The notes under the pieces: generated by a model
Told to the model about the DNA's origin: nothing
The model's database searches: none
Seen by the model: only the letters and a program-made list of their open reading frames with translations
Part shown: positions 29,176 through 38,608 of the stretch, in pieces
Position numbering within the stretch: position 1 is the stretch's first letter
Layout of the letters: each line of letters opens with the position of its first letter
Source of the DNA: Candidatus Hermodarchaeota archaeon
Lineage (GTDB): Archaea > Asgardarchaeota > Lokiarchaeia > Sigyniarchaeales > SOKP01
Assembly: GCA_048885535.1 (NCBI GenBank)
Contig: JBHLLO010000014.1
Coordinates: forward strand, 1 to 53,103
Reading direction: 5' to 3'
Length of the DNA stretch: 53,103 nt
Position numbers and translations under genes: made by a program

Positions 29176-29376
29176 CTATTGTAGCCGAGAAAACTTTAAC
29201 AAATCATCCATTAAATCCACATGACTAACAATCATTCTACGACAACAAAATCTTTTGATTCCAAGCTGATTGAAAGCATTATCTGATTCTTCACCCTTCT
29301 CGAGAAGCTCCAAATAAGGTTTATATATATGAGCAATAAGCTTCCCACAAGAAAAACATCGAATTGGTATTATTAT
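29176..29376 (-). CDS. rpoN: RNA polymerase subunit Rpo10 (N); ATA start; not in ORF track
   Basis: My translation: (M)IIPIRCFSCGKLIAHIYKPYLELLEKGEESDNAFNQLGIKRFCCRRMIVSHVDLMDDLLKFSRLQ; AGGTGA RBS. Confidence 0.95.
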   Translation of the reverse strand: MIIPIRCFSCGKLIAHIYKPYLELLEKGEESDNAFNQLGIKRFCCRRMIVSHVDLMDDLLKFSRLQ

Positions 29377-29551
29377 AACATTTTCACCTTTTAAGAACTA
29401 TGCAATAATGATAATATTGAAGATAAAAAAAATTTTTCGAAAATAACTTCAATTATCCAAAAATTTTTTTTACATTATTTATTTTGCATCTTATCACAAA
29501 TCGATGAATTATGATAATATATTAGAAATTATATATTTGAAGGAGAAAAAA

Positions 29552-29923
29552 ATGAGTTATGTAAAATTTAAGGTTCCTGATGATCTTAAAAATGAATTAA
29601 AAAATGTATTGGGTACTATAGCAGAAACAAGAGATTCTAAAATAAGGAAAGGAATGAATGAAGTAACTAAATCTATTGAAAGAACTATTGCAAAGATTGT
29701 TGTAATGGCTGAAGATGTAACTCCTCCAGAGATACTTTTTCATGTTCCTTTATTATGTGAAGAAAAATCAATACCCTATGGTTACCTTTCTTCGAAAAAG
29801 GAATTAGGGAATACTGTTAGGATTAATGTAGGAGCATCTGCAATAGCAATTGAGAATTTGGGAACTGGTAATGATAATATCTTAGATAACGTAGTAAAAA
29901 AGTTGGAAGCCTTGAAGAAATGA
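29552..29923 (+). CDS. rpl7ae: Ribosomal protein L7Ae
   Basis: MSYVKFKVP, KIRKGMNEVTKSIER, AEDVTPPEI..HVPLLCEEK; AAGGAG RBS before ATG 29552. Confidence 0.97.
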   Translation: MSYVKFKVPDDLKNELKNVLGTIAETRDSKIRKGMNEVTKSIERTIAKIVVMAEDVTPPEILFHVPLLCEEKSIPYGYLSSKKELGNTVRINVGASAIAIENLGTGNDNILDNVVKKLEALKK

Positions 29924-29936
29924 GTTGGTGAATTAA

Positions 29937-30182
29937 GTGGTTAAATTAGATAAATCTAAGGGCGCTCAGGTTGATGATGATTCTATTCCTGCGGAAGTAA
30001 TACAAATTGTCGGGAGAACCGGTCTAACTGGTGAAATTAGTCAAATTAAGGTAAGAATTTTAGAAGGACCGGATAAAAATCGAATTTTAACTCGAAATGT
30101 TAAAGGTCCTGTAAGAGAAAATGACATAATAATCTTAAGAGAAGTTGAAAGAGAGGCTAGAAAAATTAGAAAAAGAAGGTAG
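29937..30182 (+). CDS. rps28e: 30S ribosomal protein S28e
   Basis: [30 protein letters not shown]. Confidence 0.97.
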   Translation: MVKLDKSKGAQVDDDSIPAEVIQIVGRTGLTGEISQIKVRILEGPDKNRILTRNVKGPVRENDIIILREVEREARKIRKRR

Positions 30183-30204
30183 TAGTCTTTAACTTTTTTT
30201 AAGC

Positions 30205-30405
30205 TTATTCATCAAAATATCCTAATAATTTTAAATTCTTATACTCATTATGCAGGAATTCTCTTAAGGCTGTTCTTATTGCTTCAGAGCGACTTGGGAT
30301 TATTTTCATCTCAATTAATTTTTGAATATTTTTATCATAACATTCAGGAATATTAATAGTTATATTTTGCATTGATGGTTTTTTCTTTTTCTTTTTATCT
30401 GGCAA
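30205..30405 (-). CDS. Ribbon-helix-helix (CopG/NikR-like) transcription regulator
   Basis: NITINIPE..PSRSEAIRTALREFL; AGGAG RBS before TTG. Confidence 0.88.
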   Translation of the reverse strand: MPDKKKKKKPSMQNITINIPECYDKNIQKLIEMKIIPSRSEAIRTALREFLHNEYKNLKLLGYFDE

Positions 30406-30668
30406 ATCTCCTTACTCCATTATTGTTATCTTTTTGAGATAATAGCGGGTAAATATTTTAGAATGAAAATGTTAACAAAAATAATCGTTGCCCTTAACTT
30501 ATTCAAACTTTTTAATAATAAATTATAAGTAAAACTTGTTTATAAAATTATCTCTCCCTATATAAAGTATTTAAAGCGTTCTAAATCAGATTTAAATTAT
30601 TTTGATAAATTTAATTATAATTTGAACGATTATTAATGTGTATATATATCTTGTTTGAAAATGTTTTA

Positions 30669-31346
30669 TTATAATAGTCTATCTTCTTTTTTTATATATC
30701 TACCTCTAGTTTCTATTATAGAGATATTTTTAATAATCTCATTACAACTTGTTATGCTCCTTTCTGTGTATTCTGAATAATATCCGTCAATAAAAGCATT
30801 AAAACATAATTTGTAGTTACTTCCATGAGAAGAAATTAGGACTCTCTTTAAGAGGTGTAGGTCAACACTCTTATCTTCTATAGAATCTGAATATTCATGA
30901 AGTCCAAAATCAATAAGGAAGATTTCATCATTTGGATCAATAATTACATTACTTGTGGTTATATCTCCATGGATGTGACCATTTATATGCAAAATGGCTA
31001 CAATTCTCCCTAACCTATTGAAGATGTGTTCCCTTTTCTTATCTGCTATAGATTTAATTAAATTTTTTAATTTTTCGCCAGAAATATATTTCATAATAAT
31101 TATTGAGTTTTTTATATCAATCTCATATACTTGTGGCGTGTTAATTCCATACTCTTTCACTTTTATCAGTGCTCGAGCTTCATTCAAAGTCCTTATGGTT
31201 CTAATTTTTTTGTCAAGGGATTCTATTCTATATTTTTTAGGAATACGATGTTTGAAAATTACTTCTTTTTCAAACCAATGACCATAAAATAATCTTGCTT
31301 CGGCTCCTTTATGAATCAATTTTTCTTTAAGTACATCAACTACCAT
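30669..31346 (-). CDS. bud32: KEOPS kinase Bud32
   Basis: KGAEA, KHRIPKKYR, RTLNEAR, HGDITTSN, LIDFGL, EDKSVDL, RGRY. Confidence 0.95.
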   Translation of the reverse strand: MVVDVLKEKLIHKGAEARLFYGHWFEKEVIFKHRIPKKYRIESLDKKIRTIRTLNEARALIKVKEYGINTPQVYEIDIKNSIIIMKYISGEKLKNLIKSIADKKREHIFNRLGRIVAILHINGHIHGDITTSNVIIDPNDEIFLIDFGLHEYSDSIEDKSVDLHLLKRVLISSHGSNYKLCFNAFIDGYYSEYTERSITSCNEIIKNISIIETRGRYIKKEDRLL

Positions 31347-31360
31347 TATTATGACATCAC

Positions 31361-32386
31361 CTAATTTCTCCAAGGAATGGTTATATTATCCATTCGTTCT
31401 TTTGGGTTAATTCTTGTGTCATCAATTTTATGCGCTCCTTCATTTTTATATCTTAAGATACCCGTCCAAGCAATCATAGCACCATTATCCCCAGCATATT
31501 TTAAAGGAACAACTTCGAATCTGGCATTATGCTCATTACATATAGAATTAATCATTTCTTGCAGTCTTTTATTGGCTGCTACTCCCCCCGTAAGTAAAAC
31601 TTCTTTTTTTTCTGTATGGGCAAGTGCTCTTTCAGTGACTTCAGTAAGCATTGAAAAAGCAGTTTCTTGTAATGAAAAAGATATATCGCTTAATAGATAA
31701 TCTTTTCCAAATTTTTTAGATTCTAATAACATTTTAGCAGCTGTAAATAAACCAGAGAAGGAAAGATCCATTCCTTTAACAATATAAGGGAGGGGGAGGT
31801 ATTTATTTGATGACCTTGCAAGTTCCTCAATTTTAGGACCTCCAGGGTGAGTTATTCCCGCTTCTCTGGCAAATGAATCAAGTAAATTGCCTATTGGAAT
31901 ATCTAATGTCTCTCCAAAAATTTGATATTTTCCAGATTCATATGCACTAACTATAGTATTACCTCCAGATACATAGAGTGTCAGTGGATCCTCAATATTA
32001 CACATAAGCCTTCCTATCTCTATATGAGCAATACAGTGATTAACTCCAATTATAGGTATATTTAGAAGTTGACATAGCATCCGTGCTACAAGTGCTCCTA
32101 TTTTTAATACTGGTCCAAGGCCAGGACTTTGACTAAAAGTTATCAGATTAATATCTCTAATTGAGCATCTAGCTTGAATAAAAGCCTTATTAAGAACCTT
32201 CATAAAATTGTTTAAATGTTGTTCTCGAACTAATGCAGGATGAAGTCCTCCTTCTTTAGGTATAAAAGTGTCATTTATTGAACTTAAAACGTTTCCTTCA
32301 TAATCAACAATTCCAACACCCCATGTATGAGCTGTAGATTCAATACCTAAACAAAGATTTTTACTTAATTTCATTGTATTCGCCAA
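31361..32386 (-). CDS. kae1: KEOPS t6A threonylcarbamoyltransferase Kae1
   Basis: LGIESTAHT, NHCIAHIE, LYVSGGNT, GETLD, GGVAAN, DNGAMIA. Confidence 0.97.
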   Translation of the reverse strand: MANTMKLSKNLCLGIESTAHTWGVGIVDYEGNVLSSINDTFIPKEGGLHPALVREQHLNNFMKVLNKAFIQARCSIRDINLITFSQSPGLGPVLKIGALVARMLCQLLNIPIIGVNHCIAHIEIGRLMCNIEDPLTLYVSGGNTIVSAYESGKYQIFGETLDIPIGNLLDSFAREAGITHPGGPKIEELARSSNKYLPLPYIVKGMDLSFSGLFTAAKMLLESKKFGKDYLLSDISFSLQETAFSMLTEVTERALAHTEKKEVLLTGGVAANKRLQEMINSICNEHNARFEVVPLKYAGDNGAMIAWTGILRYKNEGAHKIDDTRINPKERMDNITIPWRN

Positions 32387-32450
32387 TTGAATTTATTAGC
32401 GAGATTGAGAAAAAAGATAGATTCCAAAAGAAAATTAAAAGTATTTTAAG

Positions 32451-32672
32451 TTAATCCTTTGATTTCATCCGTTTTCTGGGAGTTCTTCTTGAAGCAACCT
32501 TTGCAGCGCCTTTTGTTCCTTTTCTTTTGAATACAGTATAGCCACACCTCCCGCACGAAGCTCTGTCATAATGATCAGCAAGAAAATAGGCAGGTCCACA
32601 TTTGGGACATGTTCTATGAGTTCTAGTTAGTTTATTCCCTTCAATTTTATATAAGTTTGATGTATTAGTCAT
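32451..32672 (-). CDS. rps27ae: 30S ribosomal protein S27ae (eS31) with basic C-terminal tail
   Basis: CPKCG..FLADH.DR..CGRCGYT; conserved position next to rps24e. Confidence 0.95.
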   Translation of the reverse strand: MTNTSNLYKIEGNKLTRTHRTCPKCGPAYFLADHYDRASCGRCGYTVFKRKGTKGAAKVASRRTPRKRMKSKD

Positions 32673-32695
32673 AATTACTTTACAATATTAATTTA

Positions 32696-33052
32696 TCATT
32701 TATATTCGAATAATTGTTTAAAGGGTTCATTTCTCTTCTTTAATTTGTGAATTTCTGCTCGTTTCTCTTTTTCTAAATTCCTTGCTTGAATATGAAATGG
32801 TTCAAAATATTGTAATTCTTTTGCATCCTTATATATATATGCTACACCGATATCGAAAGCTGAACCAAAGTGCGTTTTAACTTTTTTTATAACAGTCAGC
32901 TTTTCATCTGATTTTTTCATTTTTGAAATTTTCTTCTTCAATTCTAGCCTATTTGGAGTTCCTGAACCAAAATGATCGACCCTAAATGTCAATTCAGTTC
33001 GTTCTATCAATGGATTTTTTTTTTCTTCTAAAATTTTAATATCAAATGACAT
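32696..33052 (-). CDS. rps24e: 30S ribosomal protein S24e
   Basis: NPLIERTE, GTPNR, THFG, AYIY. Confidence 0.95.
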   Translation of the reverse strand: MSFDIKILEEKKNPLIERTELTFRVDHFGSGTPNRLELKKKISKMKKSDEKLTVIKKVKTHFGSAFDIGVAYIYKDAKELQYFEPFHIQARNLEKEKRAEIHKLKKRNEPFKQLFEYK

Positions 33053-33247
33053 TATGAACCTTTTAATGAATGTAATTATAAGTTGATCAGTTAATTTAAA
33101 GAATATATAAAGTTATACAAACATTAAAGAACAATAAGAAATAAAATTTTGGATTTTTGAATACTACTAATAAGATATACTATCTAATATTAGAGAATTT
33201 CTAATGGTAAATCTCAGAATAAATTAAAAGGAGAAATAAAATAATAG

Positions 33248-33835
33248 ATGTCAGAAAACTTTAAAATACCCTTAGAAGAGAGAGAAAAATTTACTCAGCC
33301 ATTAGGAAAATTAATATCTGGTACTAGATCAGAGACTATCCCCAAAATAGTAACTATTATTAAACAATTGTTAAATTCTGGTTTCTCAATTAACATTTAT
33401 CTTGTAGGGGACATTGTATCTCATGATTTTATTGAAAATCACTTTTTAAAGAAGTATGTTCGTTTATGTGTTGTTGATGAAAAGACGCAGAGAAATCAAA
33501 TTATTCTAAAATCTCAAAAAGATTTTGAAGAGATACTTGAGTTTAAGAATCCAAAAGGCACAATTCGTAAAGAAAGCTTTACTTTATTTAAACAAATTCT
33601 ATTTTCAAAAAAAATGACATTATTAAAAGTTATTGAAGGGGAGGAAGATTTGTTGGTACTTCCTCTTGTTTCTGAATTGGTACCTAAAAAGAATCTTAAA
33701 AATTTAGTTTTTTATGGTCAACCACCTATCACAGATTCTAAACATATTATTCCTGAAGGAATTGTGATGGTGGAAGTAAATAAGAGAACACAGAAACAAG
33801 TGAAGAAATTCTTATCTTTAATGCAAAAGGATTAA
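33248..33835 (+). CDS. GTP-dependent dephospho-CoA kinase (DUF359)
   Basis: PLG, VGDIV, VDEKTQR, NPKGTI, GEEDLLVLP, YGQP..EGIV; lies between spt4 and rps24e. Confidence 0.9.
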   Translation: MSENFKIPLEEREKFTQPLGKLISGTRSETIPKIVTIIKQLLNSGFSINIYLVGDIVSHDFIENHFLKKYVRLCVVDEKTQRNQIILKSQKDFEEILEFKNPKGTIRKESFTLFKQILFSKKMTLLKVIEGEEDLLVLPLVSELVPKKNLKNLVFYGQPPITDSKHIIPEGIVMVEVNKRTQKQVKKFLSLMQKD

Positions 33836-33867
33836 TTCTTGAGCATTTTAATTAGTATTCTGTTCAA

Positions 33868-34059
33868 TTAACGGACTCTCAATGCATATTTGCCAGGAAA
33901 ATGAATTTTCAAATATTCGGCAAATTTTGATTCTTGAGGTTTAATTATTATAACTTCTCCTGTGAAATCGTCGCTTAGGCTGTGTGTTTTACACTTAGGA
34001 CAGATTTGTTCATTTTTTGTTATTAAATGACAATTCTTACATGCTCGTTCTTTTGACAT
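33868..34059 (-). CDS. spt4: Transcription elongation factor Spt4 (RpoE2)
   Basis: ACKNCH..CPKC..LSDDFTG..S..A..PGKYALRVR. Confidence 0.96.
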   Translation of the reverse strand: MSKERACKNCHLITKNEQICPKCKTHSLSDDFTGEVIIIKPQESKFAEYLKIHFPGKYALRVR

Positions 34060-34082
34060 TATAACACTCCTCTTTTCCTTTT

Positions 34083-34676
34083 TTATTCACTATTTCCTTT
34101 GTCATCAGCCTTTTTTTCCTCTTTCGTGGCGTATTCATTCTCGATATCTTGTTCAATCCAGTCTTCTTTGCCTAAGAATTTTTGCCTCATAGTTAATCCC
34201 AATTTACCACTCCTACCAGTACCTAATGAGACCGCAATAATCTTAGCTCGAACAATGTCGTTTACTTCAAGTATTTTCCCAGTTTCCTTTCCTATAAATC
34301 GATTCCCCACTTGTTCATATGAAATATAATCATCGCAGATTTGGGATACATGAACTAATCCGTCTAAAGGACCTAATCTTACAAATGACCCAAAGTCGAC
34401 TATTTCTACTACTTCTCCCTCCACTACTTCAGAGATAGATGGTTTAAATGATAGGATTGTAAATTCAACTTCATGAAATGTATTAGCATTTCCTGGAATT
34501 ATTATTCCAGGTCCAACATCCACAACATCGACTATTGCGATTATGAATCCATAATCTTTAGTAATAATCCCTTCATAATCTTCAGATAGAATTATTCGAG
34601 CTGAAACTTCCTTAGGTTGGTCAAATAAAAACGGAGGAATCTCGATTTTACCTTGAATTTGAAAGAGTTTAAAAAT
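34083..34676 (-). CDS. rpoE1: RNA polymerase subunit Rpo7 (E'); probable ATT start 51 codons upstream of the ORF-track start
   Basis: The open frame extends to (M)FKLFQIQGKIEIPPFLFDQPKE..YEGIITKDYGFIIAI; S1 domain EVVEGEV..FGSFVRLGPLDGLVHVSQI; LTMRQKFLGK. Confidence 0.93.
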   Translation of the reverse strand: MFKLFQIQGKIEIPPFLFDQPKEVSARIILSEDYEGIITKDYGFIIAIVDVVDVGPGIIIPGNANTFHEVEFTILSFKPSISEVVEGEVVEIVDFGSFVRLGPLDGLVHVSQICDDYISYEQVGNRFIGKETGKILEVNDIVRAKIIAVSLGTGRSGKLGLTMRQKFLGKEDWIEQDIENEYATKEEKKADDKGNSE

Positions 34677-34817
34677 TGCACGACACCAGATAAACAGATA
34701 AAAGATATTAACCTATTAAATATGGCATAAAATTAATAATTTTTGGTTTTCCTTCGAATAGAGATGATAAATAGTAAATAGAATTAATTAATCAAAAATA
34801 AAAAAAAGAGGATTATT

Positions 34818-35567
34818 TTACTCTTTTATCTTTTTTACAAGCCATTTAGGCATTACTAATGATAAGTAAGTTAATATATAGAAAGCTATCGCAAAAATCC
34901 AAGCAATGTATACAAAAATAGAGTATCCTGGATGATCGAATAAAACAATCATTAATGTATCTCCTATAAACATTAAGAAAAATAGTATCATGGCTATCAT
35001 TGCATAAAATAGTAATTTTAAACCCATCAAAGCAATTTTATCTTCAGTTTCTTTCATAGCTCTCCTACATGTTATAGCAATAACTATGTAAATTAAGTAT
35101 GAATATAGCACTAAACTTAATGTAGAATATAATCTTATATTTAATTGACCTTCATAATCTACCGGCGGAACCCCCCACCAATTCCAAGGCAAAAAAAGCA
35201 AAATTATTATTACAATTCCCACTAAAATCAAGGGTATAAATAATCTCTTCCCCTTATTTGTAATTTGACTTACAAACTTATATAAGAATATATCTGCTAA
35301 AATAACCATAGAATAAGCAAAAGGTAAAGAAAAACGATATATTTCTCTGTATTCACCTGCTATAATTGCTTCAGCTAAACCTACTGCCAACATTATTAAT
35401 GCTAATGTGAAAAAAGTAAAAGTTATCGAAAGATACAGCGGAGGAGCCACTTTTCTCTTACGCCATTTAAAGTACATCTTTACGGTTAATAAAATCCCAA
35501 AAACAGAAAGAATAATGTAATAAGGAAATATTGGTAAAACACGAATCTCAAATGGTGTATATGTCAT
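34818..35567 (-). CDS. Multi-pass (about 7 TM) membrane protein of unknown function
   Basis: Seven hydrophobic segments; ends with LVMPKWL. Confidence 0.75.
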   Translation of the reverse strand: MTYTPFEIRVLPIFPYYIILSVFGILLTVKMYFKWRKRKVAPPLYLSITFTFFTLALIMLAVGLAEAIIAGEYREIYRFSLPFAYSMVILADIFLYKFVSQITNKGKRLFIPLILVGIVIIILLFLPWNWWGVPPVDYEGQLNIRLYSTLSLVLYSYLIYIVIAITCRRAMKETEDKIALMGLKLLFYAMIAMILFFLMFIGDTLMIVLFDHPGYSIFVYIAWIFAIAFYILTYLSLVMPKWLVKKIKE

Positions 35568-35681
35568 AAAAGATTAATAAAATAAGTTGTTTTTAAAAAT
35601 TCACTTTATAAATTAAAATAAAGATTATTTGTTTCGGATAAGAATTCTAATTCAAGTTAAAATAAATGCTTTAACTCAGAT

Positions 35682-36062
35682 TTAAATTAATTGGGCAATT
35701 TTTTCACAAGTTCTTCTACAGTCTAATAATATTAAACCAAGTCGTACATCCTTATCTGCTGAGACTGTTAAAACAGCATTAGGACCAGCTTGCAATATTA
35801 AAAGGTAGCCATCTGAGCCTTTTATATATAATTGGTCAAAATCTCCTTTGTTCATCTCGATGATTGCTCTTTCAGATAAAGAGAGCAAAGCAGCAGTCAT
35901 TGCAGCTATTCTAGTTTCATCTACATCTCTTGGAAGAGCCGAAGCAATGGGGAGTCCTTCAGCAGAAACTATTGCTGCGGCTTTAACTTCAGGGATTGCT
36001 GCCAATAATTTTTTCAAAAGGTCATCAAGGGTTTCGGGTGTATTAGGATCCATCTGGCTCAA
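35682..36062 (-). CDS. Roadblock/LC7 (MglB-like) protein
   Basis: AAAIVSAEGLPIASALP..RIAAMTAALLSLSER..GSDGY..LGLI. Confidence 0.95.
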   Translation of the reverse strand: MSQMDPNTPETLDDLLKKLLAAIPEVKAAAIVSAEGLPIASALPRDVDETRIAAMTAALLSLSERAIIEMNKGDFDQLYIKGSDGYLLILQAGPNAVLTVSADKDVRLGLILLDCRRTCEKIAQLI

Positions 36063-36318
36063 TTACTCCTTCACTTTTATTATTCTTAAAAGAAGTTGTT
36101 ATTTTATTAGATAATAATTATCTTAAACCATATTTATATTTAAAGTAGATTGTGTTATTTATTTTTTTTTATTCACTTTATATATAAAAATGTTCTTTAT
36201 TATTAGTTTATTAAGTTGTATAATATCTGGATAAAAGTGCTATTTCTGATTGGTTATATCATGGGCAGCGATTCTAATCAATTTTGACCGATAAAAATTA
36301 TAATGATTGTGAGTCATA

Positions 36319-37383
36319 TTAAATAAGAAGATCGAATGTTTTTGTAGTTTCAATCATTGCTTTTACATTTTCTGGTTTAACTCTGGTGTTTATTTGTTGG
36401 GTTGGGCTAACAATTAAAGATACATTATTTTGTTTTGCTTTTTCTATCAATTTTAAAATATAACTTTTAATTTGAGAAGTATTTCCAAATGTCAAATGAA
36501 TTGAAATATCGAGATTACCAATAAAACAGATTTTATCTGTAAACTTTTCGAAGAGTTGAAAGATGTCAACCCCAGCACTTGGCTCTAAACTTTGGATCGC
36601 ATCGAATCCAATTTCCACAAATATATCCATTAGATTCGAAATATAACCATCAGAGTGTAGAATAATTAAATTATTTTTATTATGGATCTTTGTTACGAGT
36701 TCTTGATAGCGTTCAAGAAACAATTTCTTCCATAGATTTGTAGATATGAACTCATTTTTCTTATAACCACAATCATCAGCAACTAAAAACAGATCAACTC
36801 CAATTTTCTGAAGTGTTGAAATTAATTTCTTTAAATATTCTGAAAAGAAATCTATAACTCTATAAATGAGTGAGAAATCCTGATTTTTTAGACATCTTGA
36901 AAAATAGATAAATCCCATTGACTGCCATGTTTTTTCAAACAAACCTGGCAAAGATAAGACAATATTTAATTTCTCTTTTAGTTTAGGAAGTTTGCTTTCC
37001 AATAATGTTAGATCTTCTTTAGATGGAAGACTTAAATGTTCCCAATTATCAATAGTATTGATATTTTTAAAAACACCATCCCATAAGTACCAATTATTTT
37101 TGATGATTCTTCCCCAACCATCTACTGTCGTGTTGTCATTTATGTTATAACCTCCTTCTCCGCATCTAAAATCCCATAAAGAAATAGAATCGAACCCCAT
37201 TCTCTTTATTATTTCGAAATTCTTTTGGTTTAAAATAATATCTGAGGATTTGATTTCAATTTCATATAAATTAATGTACTTATTTAAAAAGTCAATTTCA
37301 GGGTATCCAGGACAATATAATGGAATAGAAGATGATTTTTTTCTTTTCAATACGTTAATAAAATCTGTTTCGAATTGCTTCAT
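36319..37383 (-). CDS. Uroporphyrinogen decarboxylase / MtaA-CmuA family protein
   Basis: VDGWG, ADDCG, LHSDG, GFDAIQSLEP, FIGNLD, PENVKAM. Confidence 0.85.
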   Translation of the reverse strand: MKQFETDFINVLKRKKSSSIPLYCPGYPEIDFLNKYINLYEIEIKSSDIILNQKNFEIIKRMGFDSISLWDFRCGEGGYNINDNTTVDGWGRIIKNNWYLWDGVFKNINTIDNWEHLSLPSKEDLTLLESKLPKLKEKLNIVLSLPGLFEKTWQSMGFIYFSRCLKNQDFSLIYRVIDFFSEYLKKLISTLQKIGVDLFLVADDCGYKKNEFISTNLWKKLFLERYQELVTKIHNKNNLIILHSDGYISNLMDIFVEIGFDAIQSLEPSAGVDIFQLFEKFTDKICFIGNLDISIHLTFGNTSQIKSYILKLIEKAKQNNVSLIVSPTQQINTRVKPENVKAMIETTKTFDLLI

Positions 37384-37464
37384 GACAAGGAAATCTAGAA
37401 ACCAAAGTATAATTATTTGATTGTTAATTATTAAAATAATTAGATTGATGGTTAATTGATCAAT

Positions 37465-38601
37465 ATGGACTTCTGGACTCTTGTCGATTTAATATACAAT
37501 ATAGGATTGTCATTGATTCTTTTTATTTTTGCTCTTTTAATGGTTTTTATTGCATACGGGGGTCATAAGGCAAAAAATCGATACGGAGCGATTTCAACGG
37601 TACTTAATGGAGCTTGCTTTGTTATTTTCGGATTATACAATCTTTTTTTCAGATTTTTTCCTTATCCTTATAATGGTTTCATGGTCTGGTGGATAGGTAT
37701 TATTCTGCTTCTCAATGGTTTCTTCATTATGGTTATTAGTTTAAAAATAAAGAAATATGGGATGAAGTCAAGCAACTTTAGCTATATTGAAGATTCTATA
37801 GAAAAAAAATCTCGTTTGAGAAGATTTATTGAAAAAATGACAATAGAGGATCCTTATAGAGAGGATATTCCTTTTAAGATGGAGTTGGTAAGAAAAAGCT
37901 TTCATCTAATGGGATTAATGGTAGTATTTGCTCCTCTTCTAACCTTATTAATTAGTGATGGAGTAATCATGTTAATTAATCAAGTAAAACCCTCGTATGA
38001 ACTCCTTTGGGGGAGTGTCTCTCTTTTTCCTTATGTAATAGGGGATCCTGAAGGTATAGCAATTATTGGTCTAACTATGATGGGATTATTAGGTGCTTTA
38101 ATATTTACGCTTATGTCTGATTTAATTCGTGTTCTAAAAGGTCCTGAATACTCACTTTTTAATTTTATTAGCCGTTCAATTCTTAGAAATAAAGAAAAGA
38201 ATGCATTAGGTCCACAGATATATATTATTACTGGTATCGTATTTTCTTATATGTTATACATGGCAGGAATTCTTGGAATTGAAGCTTTTTACGCTGGAAT
38301 ATTGGTAGCATGTTTTTCAGATGCCGCTGCTGCTTTAGTAGGGAGGAAATTTGGTAGACATAAAATTACCTTAAGAAGTAAGGATACAAAATCTGTTGAA
38401 GGTTTCGTAGCAGGAACAGTTGTTGCTTATATAATCGGATTAATTTTTGTTGGCCCTATATATGCGATAGTAGGATCATTAATATTCTTTATAACAGATT
38501 ATTTTCCCTCTGTAACTGCTGATAATATATTAAATCCGATTTTTATTCCACTAGGAATTCAATTTTTCATTTTACTATTAGGTTTGCCTGTAGGATGGTA
38601 A
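37465..38601 (+). CDS. CTP-dependent isoprenoid/lipid kinase (dolichol/phytol kinase family) with extra N-terminal TM helices
   Basis: ELVRKSFH, LRNKE, SDAAAALVGRKFGRH, KSVEG, DNILNP. Confidence 0.85.
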   Translation: MDFWTLVDLIYNIGLSLILFIFALLMVFIAYGGHKAKNRYGAISTVLNGACFVIFGLYNLFFRFFPYPYNGFMVWWIGIILLLNGFFIMVISLKIKKYGMKSSNFSYIEDSIEKKSRLRRFIEKMTIEDPYREDIPFKMELVRKSFHLMGLMVVFAPLLTLLISDGVIMLINQVKPSYELLWGSVSLFPYVIGDPEGIAIIGLTMMGLLGALIFTLMSDLIRVLKGPEYSLFNFISRSILRNKEKNALGPQIYIITGIVFSYMLYMAGILGIEAFYAGILVACFSDAAAALVGRKFGRHKITLRSKDTKSVEGFVAGTVVAYIIGLIFVGPIYAIVGSLIFFITDYFPSVTADNILNPIFIPLGIQFFILLLGLPVGW

Positions 38602-38608
38602 TTCAAAT

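Noticed and set aside
29490-29600. K-turn for L7Ae autoregulation (CTGATGA near the start of rpl7ae)
   Set aside because: I could not build the flanking stems by eye.
32451-32672. Ubiquitin-eS31 fusion
   Set aside because: The gene starts 23 bp after the rps24e stop, leaving no room for a ubiquitin domain.
33159-33860. GAATACTA / TAGTATTC inverted repeats flanking the inverted DUF359 gene as recombinase sites
   Set aside because: Only 8 AT-rich bp, expected by chance, and no invertase is nearby.
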